A DNA stretch of 42,875 nucleotides. Origin: Alphaproteobacteria bacterium. GTDB lineage: Bacteria; Pseudomonadota; Alphaproteobacteria; Paracaedibacterales; JAKBAR01. The translations under genes were made by a program, and so were the position numbers. Location of the stretch: the NCBI GenBank assembly GCA_039808665.1, contig JBDHTO010000001.1, forward strand, positions 1-42,875, given 5' to 3'. Each line of letters opens with the position of its first letter. Position 1 is the first letter of the stretch. Under the pieces are notes generated by a model that was given only the letters and a program-made list of their open reading frames with translations, did not search any database and was not told the origin of the DNA. Below are positions 30,986-40,971 of this stretch, piece after piece.

Positions 30986-33900
30986 ATGCTCATGCTTTTG
31001 AAGATTCTTTGCCTTTGCTTCTTTTTTACAATTCCAACTGTTGCTGATGGTATTGACTATACATTCGAACAATGGGTTCTCAAAGATGCTGAAAAATATG
31101 TTTCGGATTTAATAAGTATTCACAAGAGTCTAAGCGATAGTGACTTACAAAGATCCGCTGCACGCATTGCGGAACTTAAAAAAACAAACGATTGGGGAGC
31201 TATCGCCCTTGAGCTTGAGCGTATTGCCGCAAAGAAAGACGCCCTCTTTTCCAGCTGGCTTGATCTTGCTGAGGCTTATGCCCATAAATCTATGGAATCC
31301 AATGAGAATTGGGATGCACGCAGAAAGTCCTCAAGCGCCGCCATTAAAGCCTATACTCTTGCCTCAAATGACACGGAAAAAGCTCAAGCACTTATTGTTT
31401 ATGCCCAAACACTCTACGATTGGAGCGATGAACGTACAAAAATTCTCAGCCTTCTCTCAAGTCGAGACGATCTTAAAACTGTTAAGTCCGACCCACGTTT
31501 TGCGACATTTCTTGCCTTTAAATACGTAGATTACACCCTGTTCACAGAGAAAAATCCCGCTGAAGTACGTTTTTCCTTTAATGGAGAGCTTGCGGAGCAG
31601 AATATCGCGGATTTCATTGAATCCTCTCCCAAAGTTGATGCAAAAATAAAGGTTTCTGGGCGCAATATCATTGTCAAAGGCCTTAACTTCGAAACGGCTT
31701 ATAACTTCACGCTTAAAGCAGGTATCAAAGGAAAATTTGGAGAAACCCTCAAAGAACCTATTCAAGTAGGGGTTAAAGTTGCCGATCAATCCGTCCGACT
31801 TGCTTTTAAGGCACAACAGTATATTCTCCAACGGACTGAAAAACTTTCTCTCCCCCTTGAGGCAGTCAATATTGACAAGATCAAAGTTAGTATCTTTCGT
31901 CTGGCTGATCACGTTCTTGCGGGTAATATGACACGCCCCTATGACTCAACCTTCTTAAAACAGCTGAATAGTTATGACTTTAAACATATTAAAAACAGTG
32001 AGGGTCACAAGCTTTTTGAAGGAGAAATGACCCTGGGTGGAGAGCGCAACACCACACGCATCGTTGGCATCCCCCTTGATGAGGCGGTCAAAAACCAAAA
32101 ACCGGGGGTTTATATCGTTTATGTCGAAGACAAGAGCAATATTCGAGAGAACACCTCCATCGCCCAGTGGGTGATCATTACGGATATGGGAGTCACGACA
32201 TTTTCTGGAAGTGACGGCCTTCATGTTGATGTAAGAAAACTTTCTGATGCAAAATCTTATAAGGGTGCCAAAGTTAGCCTGATTTCCCACAACCAAAGTG
32301 TTCTTTCTACACAACAAACCGATGACAATGGACGCGTTCATTTCAACAAAGAGCTTTTGCTTGGCAAGGATGGGGATCGCCCCCTCATGATCACATGCCA
32401 CGGTGAAGGAAATGACTTTACCCTTATTGACCTTACAAAATCCCCCCTTGATCTTACCGATTTAAGCATTGCGGGTCGTACAGCAAAAGACGGGGAAGAT
32501 CTTTATATTTACACGGACCGTGGCGTTTACAGACCCGGAGAATCAATTCATTTTCAAGCCCTTCTTCGTAATGAAAAACTCCAGGGTGTGTCCAATGCTT
32601 CCCTAACCTTTAAACTGAATCGTCCTGATGGTGTTACTTTTAAAATCGATTCCGTCCAAGGAAATGATGTGGGAATGTTTGAGCATCATTTTGCCTTACT
32701 GGAATCTTCACCTACAGGACGCTGGGTTATCCAGGGATTCGCCGATCCAAAGGATAATACCCCCCTATTTGAAACAACCGTAAGTGTGGAGGATTTCACC
32801 CCCGCAAGAATCCTTGTCAAAACTGAAACAAAAGAAAAATCCCTATCTCCAGAAAAAACCCTCGAAGCCACAGTTAAAGCTGAATATCTCTTTGGTGGAA
32901 AAGCTGGAGATCTCGCAGCTGAGGCTGTTGTCCTCTTTTCAAAAGATCCTGCTCCCTTTGAGGGTTATAAAAATTTCACATTCGGAAACTCACTCGAAGA
33001 CTACACACCACAGCGACTTGAGGTTGGCCTAAGCGCCTTGGATGACAAGGGTGAAGCGATTGTCAGTATTGATGGAAAATCCATTCAAGATGCATCGACA
33101 CCCCTCCTCGCGCAACTCCGCGTCAACATTTTTGACAGGGGTGGAAAACCACAACTGGGCACTGCAAAATTTCAAGCATTTACAAAACCCGTATACATTG
33201 GCATTTCCTCTGGTTCAGAACGCGTTGATGGAGACGCAGAAACCGCTTCTTTTGAGGTTATTGCTGTATCCAGAGAGGGACAACCACAACCCCTTCCTCA
33301 ATGCAAATGGACACTTTACAAGGAAAAAGTGGACTACACTTGGTATCAAATGGGGAACAAGTGGCGTTATAACGTCATAAGATCCGCTGATACGATCGAA
33401 GATGGAACTCTATCTCTTAGCGATAAAAATCCCACCTCTCTTTCGGTGAAAGTCCCTGATTGGGGTGATTATGTTCTTGAAATCCAAGATCCCAAGAGCG
33501 GCGTCATCTCTAAAGTACGCTTTACAAAGGGCTGGGGTCGAGGTGATCGCGTGGATGTTCCCGATATTTTAAAAATCCGATTGGACAAGGAAAGTTATAA
33601 AATTGGCGAAGAGGTCAATATTCATATCGAATCACCGTTTTCTGGAGAAGCTCTCTTAACACTTGCCAATACCTCAGGCGTTATTCAACAGCAGCTCTTT
33701 AAACTAGAAAAAGGCCAAACATCTTATAAAACAAAGGCCACAGAAGATTTTGGAACCGGCGTCTATGTCCTTATGAATGGATATCGACCATTATCAGGTG
33801 ACGGGAAAGATTCGCAACTTCCTGTGAGGACCATTGGTCTTGCATGGTGTCCCATGGATAAAAGTGAACGCGTGCTCAACCTCAACATCACCACAGATCC

Positions 33901-36172
33901 CTTTTCAAAACCACGCACGTCCTTTGATGTGAATGTAAATATTGATAATGCTGGAAAATCTCCCGTTTATCTAACACTCGCCGCCGTGGATGAGGGTATT
34001 TTGCTCCTCACAGATTATAAAAACCCAGATCCCCTCACACATTTTTATGGAAAAAAGGAATTTCCCTTAGAGATTCGAGACCTTTATGGATACCTTGTTC
34101 AAGATATCCCCACAGAAACAGGAGCATTCCACACAGGTGGTGACGAAGGTGCCCTTGCAAGAAACCTCGCCGCACTTTCAAAACGTTCCTTTAAACTCAT
34201 TAGCCTCTATTCTGGGGTTGTCTTCCTCCAAGATGGAAAAGCTAAAATTCCTTTTCAAGTGCCCGATTTTAATGGACGCATCCGCATTATGGGTGTTGCA
34301 GCTTCAAATGATAAAATAGGCGCTGCGCAAACATCCATCACAGTCAAAGATCCGATTGTTGTGGAAACTATCCTTCCAAGGTTTTTAGCCCCCAAAGATA
34401 AAAGTCAAATGATCCTCTCTCTCCACAACCAAACAGGAAAAGAGGAAGAAATCACTGTTAAAATCAAAGCGGAAGGAGCAATTCATGCCGAGAAAGACAC
34501 TCTCAACATCAAACTTGCCAAGGATTCCGAACAAGTCTTTATGATCCCACTCAATGCCGAAAAATCCGGAACGGGGACAGTTTCTCTCTCAGTAAAAGGC
34601 AGCGGTGAGATGCAAACATACACCCATGATCTCACCGTTCGGGAAGGGATTCCCTTTAAGACAAAATCCGAAGCCGCTCTTTTGGAACAGGGAAAACCTC
34701 TTGAAATTTCAGGAAAAGACCTCGCCGGTATGATTGAGGAGTCTGGAAAAATGGCACTTTCCTTTGGAAAAACACCATGGAGTAGTAAAAAAGCCGCTTA
34801 TCATCTTGCGGAGTATCCCTATTCCTGTATCGAGCAAACGGTCAGCAAGGGTTTTGGACTTTTGTATCTTAAGGAAAGCGAAGGAGCAAAATCAGAAGAT
34901 GCCCTCAACACCATTATTTCAAGCATTGCACAAAACCAAAATATTTCTGGAGGGTTTGATTTTTGGCCCGGTATGGAATCTGCACAAAGTGAGAAAATTT
35001 TCCTAAGCGCTTATGTCTATGACTTCCTTTCACAGGTAAAAAAATCAGGACTTATTGTTCCAAGTTTTACTTTTGATAATTTGGAAAATTTCCTGAAATC
35101 CACCATGAGTCATCTCTATGACAAAACGAATAAGGAGATTGTACGTGCTGCATCCTATGCTCTTTACACCCTTGTAAAAAATAATGCTCTTGAGCCCGGT
35201 ACGATCAGATATTTCTATGATACTTTTTTTGAAGCTGCAGAAACTTCCTTCTCACAAAGTTGTATTATCTACGCGCTCAGCACTTTCTCTGATGACGCAA
35301 GACTTCGAAATGCGTTGGAGAAGGTCAACACCGCAACGTCAAAAAACCTTGTGGACATGCTTGCAACCTACAAAATTATGGATGAAGCGTCTCTCAATCA
35401 TGAAACCATCAAGGAAGCTTTTGCAAAAGCACGTCCCGCCCTTCTCAATCAAATACGTCAAAAAGTAAATGGAGAGAGCGTATTCTCCACCCTTGAACGA
35501 GCATGGATGGTGCGTGGCACCACACCATCAGCAGAAGAGCTTGCTATCAATATCGATGGGAAAAAGGTTACAGAAAAGGCCCCTATTTTTAGGGAATTTC
35601 TCGCAACGGATATCAATCACACCTTTGAAAATCTTTCGCCAACACCTCTTTGGGTCACAAAAATAATGACGGGGCAAATGAAAGATAACAATCCCATATC
35701 ACAGGGAGTGAAGATCACACGCAAGCTTTTTGACCTCACAGGAAATGAGATCAAAGAAAATGCATTCTCCCAAGGTCAGCAAATTATCTGTGTCATCGAA
35801 GGAACTATCGAAGGTACAGCAGAGCGCAATATGCTTCTTGTGGACCTTTTGCCGGCGGGCGTTCAATTAGACGCTCTCCCGAAACTTGTATGGCTTGGTG
35901 AACTCACCCCTCCAACCTTTACCCATATGCGAGATGATCGTTTTGTTGCATCCTTTACTGTGGATGAGAAGATCAATACCTTCAAGATTGCCTATATGAT
36001 GCGCGCGATTACATTGGGTGATTATCTGTATCCTGGAACCTTTGTCGAGGATATGGTGGATGCGCGAATTTTTGCACAAAATGCAGCATCTCGCTGTTCA
36101 GTAAATGAAAGAAAAGCACAAGAAGAAAAAAAGATAACGTCCTCCACGCACGTACAAAGCCATGCCGCATAA
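30986..36172 (+). CDS. Bacterial alpha-2-macroglobulin family protein, thioester type
   Basis: ~1728 aa. The signal peptide is MLMLLKILCLCFFFTIPTVA/DG. The thioester motif YSCIEQT lies at 34826..34837 (CIEQ). It is followed by pbpC, as in the E. coli yfhM-pbpC pair. The ORF track start at 30833 overlaps the divergent GNAT gene and is probably not used. Confidence 0.9.
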   Translation: MLMLLKILCLCFFFTIPTVADGIDYTFEQWVLKDAEKYVSDLISIHKSLSDSDLQRSAARIAELKKTNDWGAIALELERIAAKKDALFSSWLDLAEAYAHKSMESNENWDARRKSSSAAIKAYTLASNDTEKAQALIVYAQTLYDWSDERTKILSLLSSRDDLKTVKSDPRFATFLAFKYVDYTLFTEKNPAEVRFSFNGELAEQNIADFIESSPKVDAKIKVSGRNIIVKGLNFETAYNFTLKAGIKGKFGETLKEPIQVGVKVADQSVRLAFKAQQYILQRTEKLSLPLEAVNIDKIKVSIFRLADHVLAGNMTRPYDSTFLKQLNSYDFKHIKNSEGHKLFEGEMTLGGERNTTRIVGIPLDEAVKNQKPGVYIVYVEDKSNIRENTSIAQWVIITDMGVTTFSGSDGLHVDVRKLSDAKSYKGAKVSLISHNQSVLSTQQTDDNGRVHFNKELLLGKDGDRPLMITCHGEGNDFTLIDLTKSPLDLTDLSIAGRTAKDGEDLYIYTDRGVYRPGESIHFQALLRNEKLQGVSNASLTFKLNRPDGVTFKIDSVQGNDVGMFEHHFALLESSPTGRWVIQGFADPKDNTPLFETTVSVEDFTPARILVKTETKEKSLSPEKTLEATVKAEYLFGGKAGDLAAEAVVLFSKDPAPFEGYKNFTFGNSLEDYTPQRLEVGLSALDDKGEAIVSIDGKSIQDASTPLLAQLRVNIFDRGGKPQLGTAKFQAFTKPVYIGISSGSERVDGDAETASFEVIAVSREGQPQPLPQCKWTLYKEKVDYTWYQMGNKWRYNVIRSADTIEDGTLSLSDKNPTSLSVKVPDWGDYVLEIQDPKSGVISKVRFTKGWGRGDRVDVPDILKIRLDKESYKIGEEVNIHIESPFSGEALLTLANTSGVIQQQLFKLEKGQTSYKTKATEDFGTGVYVLMNGYRPLSGDGKDSQLPVRTIGLAWCPMDKSERVLNLNITTDPFSKPRTSFDVNVNIDNAGKSPVYLTLAAVDEGILLLTDYKNPDPLTHFYGKKEFPLEIRDLYGYLVQDIPTETGAFHTGGDEGALARNLAALSKRSFKLISLYSGVVFLQDGKAKIPFQVPDFNGRIRIMGVAASNDKIGAAQTSITVKDPIVVETILPRFLAPKDKSQMILSLHNQTGKEEEITVKIKAEGAIHAEKDTLNIKLAKDSEQVFMIPLNAEKSGTGTVSLSVKGSGEMQTYTHDLTVREGIPFKTKSEAALLEQGKPLEISGKDLAGMIEESGKMALSFGKTPWSSKKAAYHLAEYPYSCIEQTVSKGFGLLYLKESEGAKSEDALNTIISSIAQNQNISGGFDFWPGMESAQSEKIFLSAYVYDFLSQVKKSGLIVPSFTFDNLENFLKSTMSHLYDKTNKEIVRAASYALYTLVKNNALEPGTIRYFYDTFFEAAETSFSQSCIIYALSTFSDDARLRNALEKVNTATSKNLVDMLATYKIMDEASLNHETIKEAFAKARPALLNQIRQKVNGESVFSTLERAWMVRGTTPSAEELAINIDGKKVTEKAPIFREFLATDINHTFENLSPTPLWVTKIMTGQMKDNNPISQGVKITRKLFDLTGNEIKENAFSQGQQIICVIEGTIEGTAERNMLLVDLLPAGVQLDALPKLVWLGELTPPTFTHMRDDRFVASFTVDEKINTFKIAYMMRAITLGDYLYPGTFVEDMVDARIFAQNAASRCSVNERKAQEEKKITSSTHVQSHAA

Positions 36173-38144
36173 ACGCCTCAAAAAGGGAACGTTTTGGGCT
36201 TTCTTCTTAGGTATTCCCTTTTTTCTGTGGGGTTGGGTTGTCCTCTACCCCACAAGCCTGGAGCGCTTTCATGATTTTTCTCCCGCCCTTTATGATGAAA
36301 ATGGGGAGCTTTTAAATTGCCGATTAAACCGTGATGAAAAATGGCAAATTTCCACACGGACTGAGGATGTTGATCAAAAACTCATCGACCTTCTTGTTCA
36401 CACAGAAGATAAAAGATTTTACACCCATCCCGGCGTTGATGTTTTATCCATGTGTCGTGCCGTTTTTGATGCCCTGACATCTCTCAAAGTTCACTCAGGT
36501 GGATCAACCCTTACCATGCAAGTTGTACGTCTTTTGGAGCCACGTCCACGTACCTTGTTCTCAAAAGTGATTGAGGTGGTCAAGGCCTTGGCACTTGAAG
36601 CAAAATTTTCGAAACAAGAAATTCTTGAAATGTATCTGACACTTGCCCCCTATGGTGGTAATCTTCAGGGGGTCCGTGCCGCAAGCCTTCATTATTTTGG
36701 AAAATCCCCCAAACATCTTTCCTTTGCAGAAGCCGCACTCCTTGTCACACTTCCCCAATCCCCTACAAAATTCGCAAAAGATATCACACTTCAAAAACAA
36801 AGACGCAATTACATTCTTGAGACAAGTAATCTTCCAGACATTATCAAAAAGGAATCTCAACAAGATAACCTTCCCCAAAAACAACATTCATTCCCCAGAA
36901 TGTGTGCCCATGTTGCCGCAAGATTTTCCCATAAAAATACAGATTCAAGTATTTCCAAGCCTCTACAGGAGAAACTAGAATTTCTTGTCAAAGCCTGGCC
37001 CACTCAGGAAAAACAATCGATTGCCGTTTTAATCGCCGATTATCATGGAAAAATACGTGCTTATGTTGGGTCCAAAGATTTTTTTAATCATGATATTCAT
37101 GGTCAAGTGGATGTTTTATCCTCCGTTCGATCACCGGGATCCACTCTTAAACCCTTTGTTTACGGTCTTGCTTTTGATGATGGTTGGCTTCATCCCAAAA
37201 GCCTTGTCAGGGATACCCAGATCAGTTTTCAAGGGTATGCCCCCACCAATTTTAATGATGTCTTTCACGGAGATATCACCATCACAGAAGCTTTGCAAAG
37301 ATCACTTAATGTCCCCGTTGTGACCGTTCTTGAGAAACTCGGCCCCCGTTATTTTATGCATACTCTGGAAGATGCGAACATTCCTTTGCGCCTTCCAAAA
37401 ATATATAAACACGTAAGCCTTCCCATTGCTCTGGGTGGTGTGGGTATTCGCCTAACGGATCTTGCGGCACTATTTAATAGCCTCAATCGAGAGGGAACGA
37501 TCACCCCGCTAACTTTTTTGAGCATGGATACGGAAAATTCAAAACGCATTCTTTCAAAAAAATCTGCGGAACGATTAGTCTCTATCCTTATGGATGCTCC
37601 CCTTCCCCCCAATATGCTCAGTCAACCCATTCATCACGGAAAGGTTGCCCTTAAAACGGGAACATCCTCAAGCTACCGCGATGCCATTTCCGTAGGTGTC
37701 AATGGACAGTACGTTGTTCTTGTCTGGTTTGGTCGACCTGATGGCGCCCCTGTCAAAGGTCAGGTGGGACTGAGGACAGCAACCCCACTCCTTCTCACGG
37801 TTTTTGATCAACTCTTGAAAAGCCAAGGATTTCCCCACCACACCATGGATGATCCTCTTCCCCCTCCCTTAAAATATTTTGGGAAACAAGATAAAGATCG
37901 CCTTCAACTTCACTTCCCTCTGCCGGGAAGTATTCTGATCAAGGGATCCAAACAACCTCTTGTCTTTACGGGGGGAAAAGCACCCTATACGGTTTTTGTG
38001 AATAAAAAAAGAATCCCAAAGGAAAACCTTGGGACTCTTTTTGAAAATCTCAGACCCGGATTCCATCACATCCTTATTGTGGATAGTCAAGGAAATCGGG
38101 CGGAGAGTGATGTGCGGTTAGGCCGGAGCACGATGAACTACTAG
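36162..38144 (+). CDS. pbpC: Penicillin-binding protein 1C (glycosyltransferase plus transpeptidase)
   Basis: The GT51 motifs are EDKRFYTHPGVD and GGSTLTMQ. The transpeptidase motifs are STLK, SLN and KTGT. The C-terminal BiPBP_C-like tail is present. It overlaps the A2M gene by 11 nt. Confidence 0.92.
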   Translation: MPHKRLKKGTFWAFFLGIPFFLWGWVVLYPTSLERFHDFSPALYDENGELLNCRLNRDEKWQISTRTEDVDQKLIDLLVHTEDKRFYTHPGVDVLSMCRAVFDALTSLKVHSGGSTLTMQVVRLLEPRPRTLFSKVIEVVKALALEAKFSKQEILEMYLTLAPYGGNLQGVRAASLHYFGKSPKHLSFAEAALLVTLPQSPTKFAKDITLQKQRRNYILETSNLPDIIKKESQQDNLPQKQHSFPRMCAHVAARFSHKNTDSSISKPLQEKLEFLVKAWPTQEKQSIAVLIADYHGKIRAYVGSKDFFNHDIHGQVDVLSSVRSPGSTLKPFVYGLAFDDGWLHPKSLVRDTQISFQGYAPTNFNDVFHGDITITEALQRSLNVPVVTVLEKLGPRYFMHTLEDANIPLRLPKIYKHVSLPIALGGVGIRLTDLAALFNSLNREGTITPLTFLSMDTENSKRILSKKSAERLVSILMDAPLPPNMLSQPIHHGKVALKTGTSSSYRDAISVGVNGQYVVLVWFGRPDGAPVKGQVGLRTATPLLLTVFDQLLKSQGFPHHTMDDPLPPPLKYFGKQDKDRLQLHFPLPGSILIKGSKQPLVFTGGKAPYTVFVNKKRIPKENLGTLFENLRPGFHHILIVDSQGNRAESDVRLGRSTMNY

Positions 38145-38405
38145 TCGCGGAGCTAAGGCCTCTTTCTTAGCCTGAAATTCTATCGTAATAAAATCACACA
38201 AAGCATGATCATATTTTTTAAGAAGGTATACTGCGTTCTTTTTAAACTCAGGAGTAATTCTGGCTTCCTTACCTGTATCGCCAAAAGATCCAACATTAAG
38301 AAATCCTCGCACCTCTTCTGCGGTTAGACCGTGTAGACCCTGTCGCGTAATGGCCAAACGAAGGAGGTAACGTGCCTGAGCAACCTGGAGCATTTTGTCA
38401 GGAGT
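37980..38405. repeat. Segmental duplication, copy A (pbpC 3' end plus 3' third of the exported-protein gene)
   Basis: Aligns by eye along its whole length with 42461..42875, at roughly two-thirds nucleotide identity with small indels. Confidence 0.8.
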
Positions 38406-38954
38406 CCTCTCAGCCTCTGGAATATTATTGGGATCAATAGAGCGACTAAATGCTTTATACATATTAAGGGTCATTGCCTCTTCACGATCGTGAAGATAAC
38501 CATCTTTTCGCATCATTTCTTCGACAACAGAAAAAAAATCCGGAGAAAAAGAATCTGAAATAGGCGAAGCAAACATCACAGCTAAACGTGCTTGTACGCT
38601 AAAAACGTTGGCAATAGCCGTTATATCAGAAGGGGCAACCTTACGAGGGTGAGATATATTATAGGAACGGTCAACTGGACCTATTTCATGCCCTGTATCA
38701 GGATCTACACCATCAAAATCCGTGAAAGTCCCTGTACTCACAAGGTCCATAGCATTCTCAATACGATTCACTGCTCTCAAAAAAGTACCTGCTGCCTGAC
38801 CTAAATCCTCTTGATGGGAAACTAATCCCACAACATTGTATCCAGACATCAACTCGTTATGAACTGTTCTTGAAAACCACGTTTCATCTTTGGATGCGGC
38901 ATTTATCAAGGATGGAAACGCGCACAGAATCATTAATATTTTTAATATCTTCAT
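38118..38954 (-). CDS. Uncharacterised exported protein (copy A of a two-member family in this window)
   Basis: The start at 38954 gives MKILKILMILCAFPSLINA/ASK, with GAGG 8 nt upstream. The ORF track's start at 38984 lies upstream of the predicted promoter -10. The 3' end overlaps the pbpC 3' end by 27 nt, tail to tail. I recognise no family. Confidence 0.7.
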   Translation of the reverse strand: MKILKILMILCAFPSLINAASKDETWFSRTVHNELMSGYNVVGLVSHQEDLGQAAGTFLRAVNRIENAMDLVSTGTFTDFDGVDPDTGHEIGPVDRSYNISHPRKVAPSDITAIANVFSVQARLAVMFASPISDSFSPDFFSVVEEMMRKDGYLHDREEAMTLNMYKAFSRSIDPNNIPEAERTPDKMLQVAQARYLLRLAITRQGLHGLTAEEVRGFLNVGSFGDTGKEARITPEFKKNAVYLLKKYDHALCDFITIEFQAKKEALAPRLVVHRAPA

Positions 38955-38984
38955 AGGAACCTCATCAAAGTACATTTCCCCCAT

Positions 38985-39013
38985 AATCTAGGTATAATGA
39001 GGTGATATTTCAA
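38985..39013 (-). promoter_or_regulatory. Candidate sigma70-type promoter for the exported protein gene
   Basis: On the minus strand the element reads TTGAAA (39013..39008), a 17-nt spacer, then TAGATT (38990..38985). Confidence 0.35.
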
Positions 39014-39027
39014 TGGTTTAACTTTGA

Positions 39028-39816
39028 TCAAAGTGCCATAATATTGAATCCTGCGTCCACATAAACGACGGATCCTGTGACGAGTGCTCCTTCATCACTT
39101 GCTAAAAATCGCGCATACGCTCCAACGGCATCAATACTCACGTCCGCATGTTCGGGGGAAATATCTCTCGCCCTTTCCAAAAGATCATCAAAGTGGTCAA
39201 TACCACTTGCCGCCCGTGTCGCAATAGGACCAGAAGAGAGTGCATTCACACGAATTTTCTTTGGACCTAACTCCGCGGCCATATAGCGAACAGAACTTTC
39301 CAAGGCTGCTTTCACGGGTCCCATAAGACCGTAATGTTCCACAACCTTCTCACCTCCATAATAACTCAAGGTTAAGAGACACCCTCCCTTTTTCATCAAC
39401 GGCTCTGCCAAGCGGGCCAATCGCATAAACGAGTGACAGGAGATATCCATCGCCGTTAAAAATCCCTCTACGGAGCAATCTATGACACGTGCATGAAGAT
39501 CCTCTTTGGGTGCAAACGCAATCGCATGAATCAAAAAATCTAACTCTCCCCATTTTTTTTCAATCAGGTGAAAGAGTGATTCCATCTGGAGATGATTTTT
39601 TACATCGAGGGGTTCAATGATGGGGGCGTGAATGGATTCCGCCAAAGGGCGCACATGGGATTCAGCTTTTTCGTTAAGATAGGTAATGGCAATTTTTGCT
39701 CCCGCAGCATGACACGCACGGGCACAACCCCAAGCAATGGATTGCTCATTGGCAACCCCTATAATCAATCCCTTTTTACCCCTAAGATTATCCACGTCTG
39801 TCTTCCCTTTCATCAT
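39028..39816 (-). CDS. fabI: Enoyl-ACP reductase (NADH) FabI
   Basis: Carries GKKGLIIGVANEQSIAWG, an SDR fold, and the Y..M...K region SYYGGEKVVEHYGLMGPVKAALE. Confidence 0.9.
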   Translation of the reverse strand: MMKGKTDVDNLRGKKGLIIGVANEQSIAWGCARACHAAGAKIAITYLNEKAESHVRPLAESIHAPIIEPLDVKNHLQMESLFHLIEKKWGELDFLIHAIAFAPKEDLHARVIDCSVEGFLTAMDISCHSFMRLARLAEPLMKKGGCLLTLSYYGGEKVVEHYGLMGPVKAALESSVRYMAAELGPKKIRVNALSSGPIATRAASGIDHFDDLLERARDISPEHADVSIDAVGAYARFLASDEGALVTGSVVYVDAGFNIMAL

Positions 39817-40971
39817 TTATGAAGAAATTTTCACATTCTTTTTCACAGCTTCTGCCATCACAATTTCTTCGTTTGTTGGTATGACATAAACGTCAATTTC
39901 GCTTTGAGGAGAGTGAATTTGAATAGCATTGGATTCATTGGACTGTGGATCTATGACAAGATTCATCCATTGAAAATATTCACATATTTTGCGTCGAATA
40001 AGGGGACAGTTTTCCCCGATCCCCGCTGTAAACACCAAAATATCCATCCCCCCGATCACAGGGAGCAGACTTCCCATATGCCGTGCTGCGGTAAAGCAAA
40101 AAAGGTCTATCGCAGATTTTGCTTGAGGTAAATCACTCTTCAAAAGCATCTTCATATCCGCACTTATGCCGGAAACCCCCTTTAACCCAGATTCATGGTA
40201 AAGAAGCGCTGTAACCTCCTCCACAGTCATCTTTTTTTCCTGTAAAAGATATAAGATAACACCCGGATCAATGCTTCCCGTCCGCGTCCCCATCATCAAT
40301 CCGTCCAAAGCCGTGAATCCCATGGAGGTTGACACACTCTTTAAATCTTTCATTGCACAAAGAGAGGCGCCATTTCCCAAATGTGCAACAATCACCCTTT
40401 TTTTCGCTTTATCCCCCACATAGGTTTGCAACTGCGACGCAATATAGGCATAGGATAGCCCGTGAAAACCATAGCGAATAATTCCCTCATCTGTATAAGT
40501 ATGGGGCAGCGGAAAAGCCTCCGCTAATTTCATTTGTGTCCTATGAAACGCTGTATCAAAACAAGCAACCTGAGGAATGCCTGGAAAGAATGCTAAGGCC
40601 CGATCAATGACCTCAAGATTATAAGATTGATGTAATGGCGCAAGGGGAATAAATTCCCGAAGCTTGGAAAGAACATTCGCATCAATCAAAACTGGATCTG
40701 TATAAAGTTTCCCCCCATGAACAACCCGGTGGGCTACGCCTGAAAGGGGTTGTGTTTTCGTGATTGATTGAATCACCTCAAAAATTTTTGAAAACGCATC
40801 GTTTGTATTGCGTGGATCGGAAAGATAAGTTTTGTTCCCTTTTTCCTGAACCCAGAGACGGGGGTTCAGGAATAAATCTTCGACTTCTCCCCGCATAGCC
40901 TCTCTCAAACTCTCATGTTCATAGAGAGAGAATTTCACACTTGATGAACCCGCATTAAAAACTAATATCAT
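39817..40971 (-). CDS. ackA: Acetate kinase
   Basis: Carries MILVFNAGSSSVKFSLY, HRVVHGG and IAHLGNGAS. Confidence 0.93.
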   Translation of the reverse strand: MILVFNAGSSSVKFSLYEHESLREAMRGEVEDLFLNPRLWVQEKGNKTYLSDPRNTNDAFSKIFEVIQSITKTQPLSGVAHRVVHGGKLYTDPVLIDANVLSKLREFIPLAPLHQSYNLEVIDRALAFFPGIPQVACFDTAFHRTQMKLAEAFPLPHTYTDEGIIRYGFHGLSYAYIASQLQTYVGDKAKKRVIVAHLGNGASLCAMKDLKSVSTSMGFTALDGLMMGTRTGSIDPGVILYLLQEKKMTVEEVTALLYHESGLKGVSGISADMKMLLKSDLPQAKSAIDLFCFTAARHMGSLLPVIGGMDILVFTAGIGENCPLIRRKICEYFQWMNLVIDPQSNESNAIQIHSPQSEIDVYVIPTNEEIVMAEAVKKNVKISS

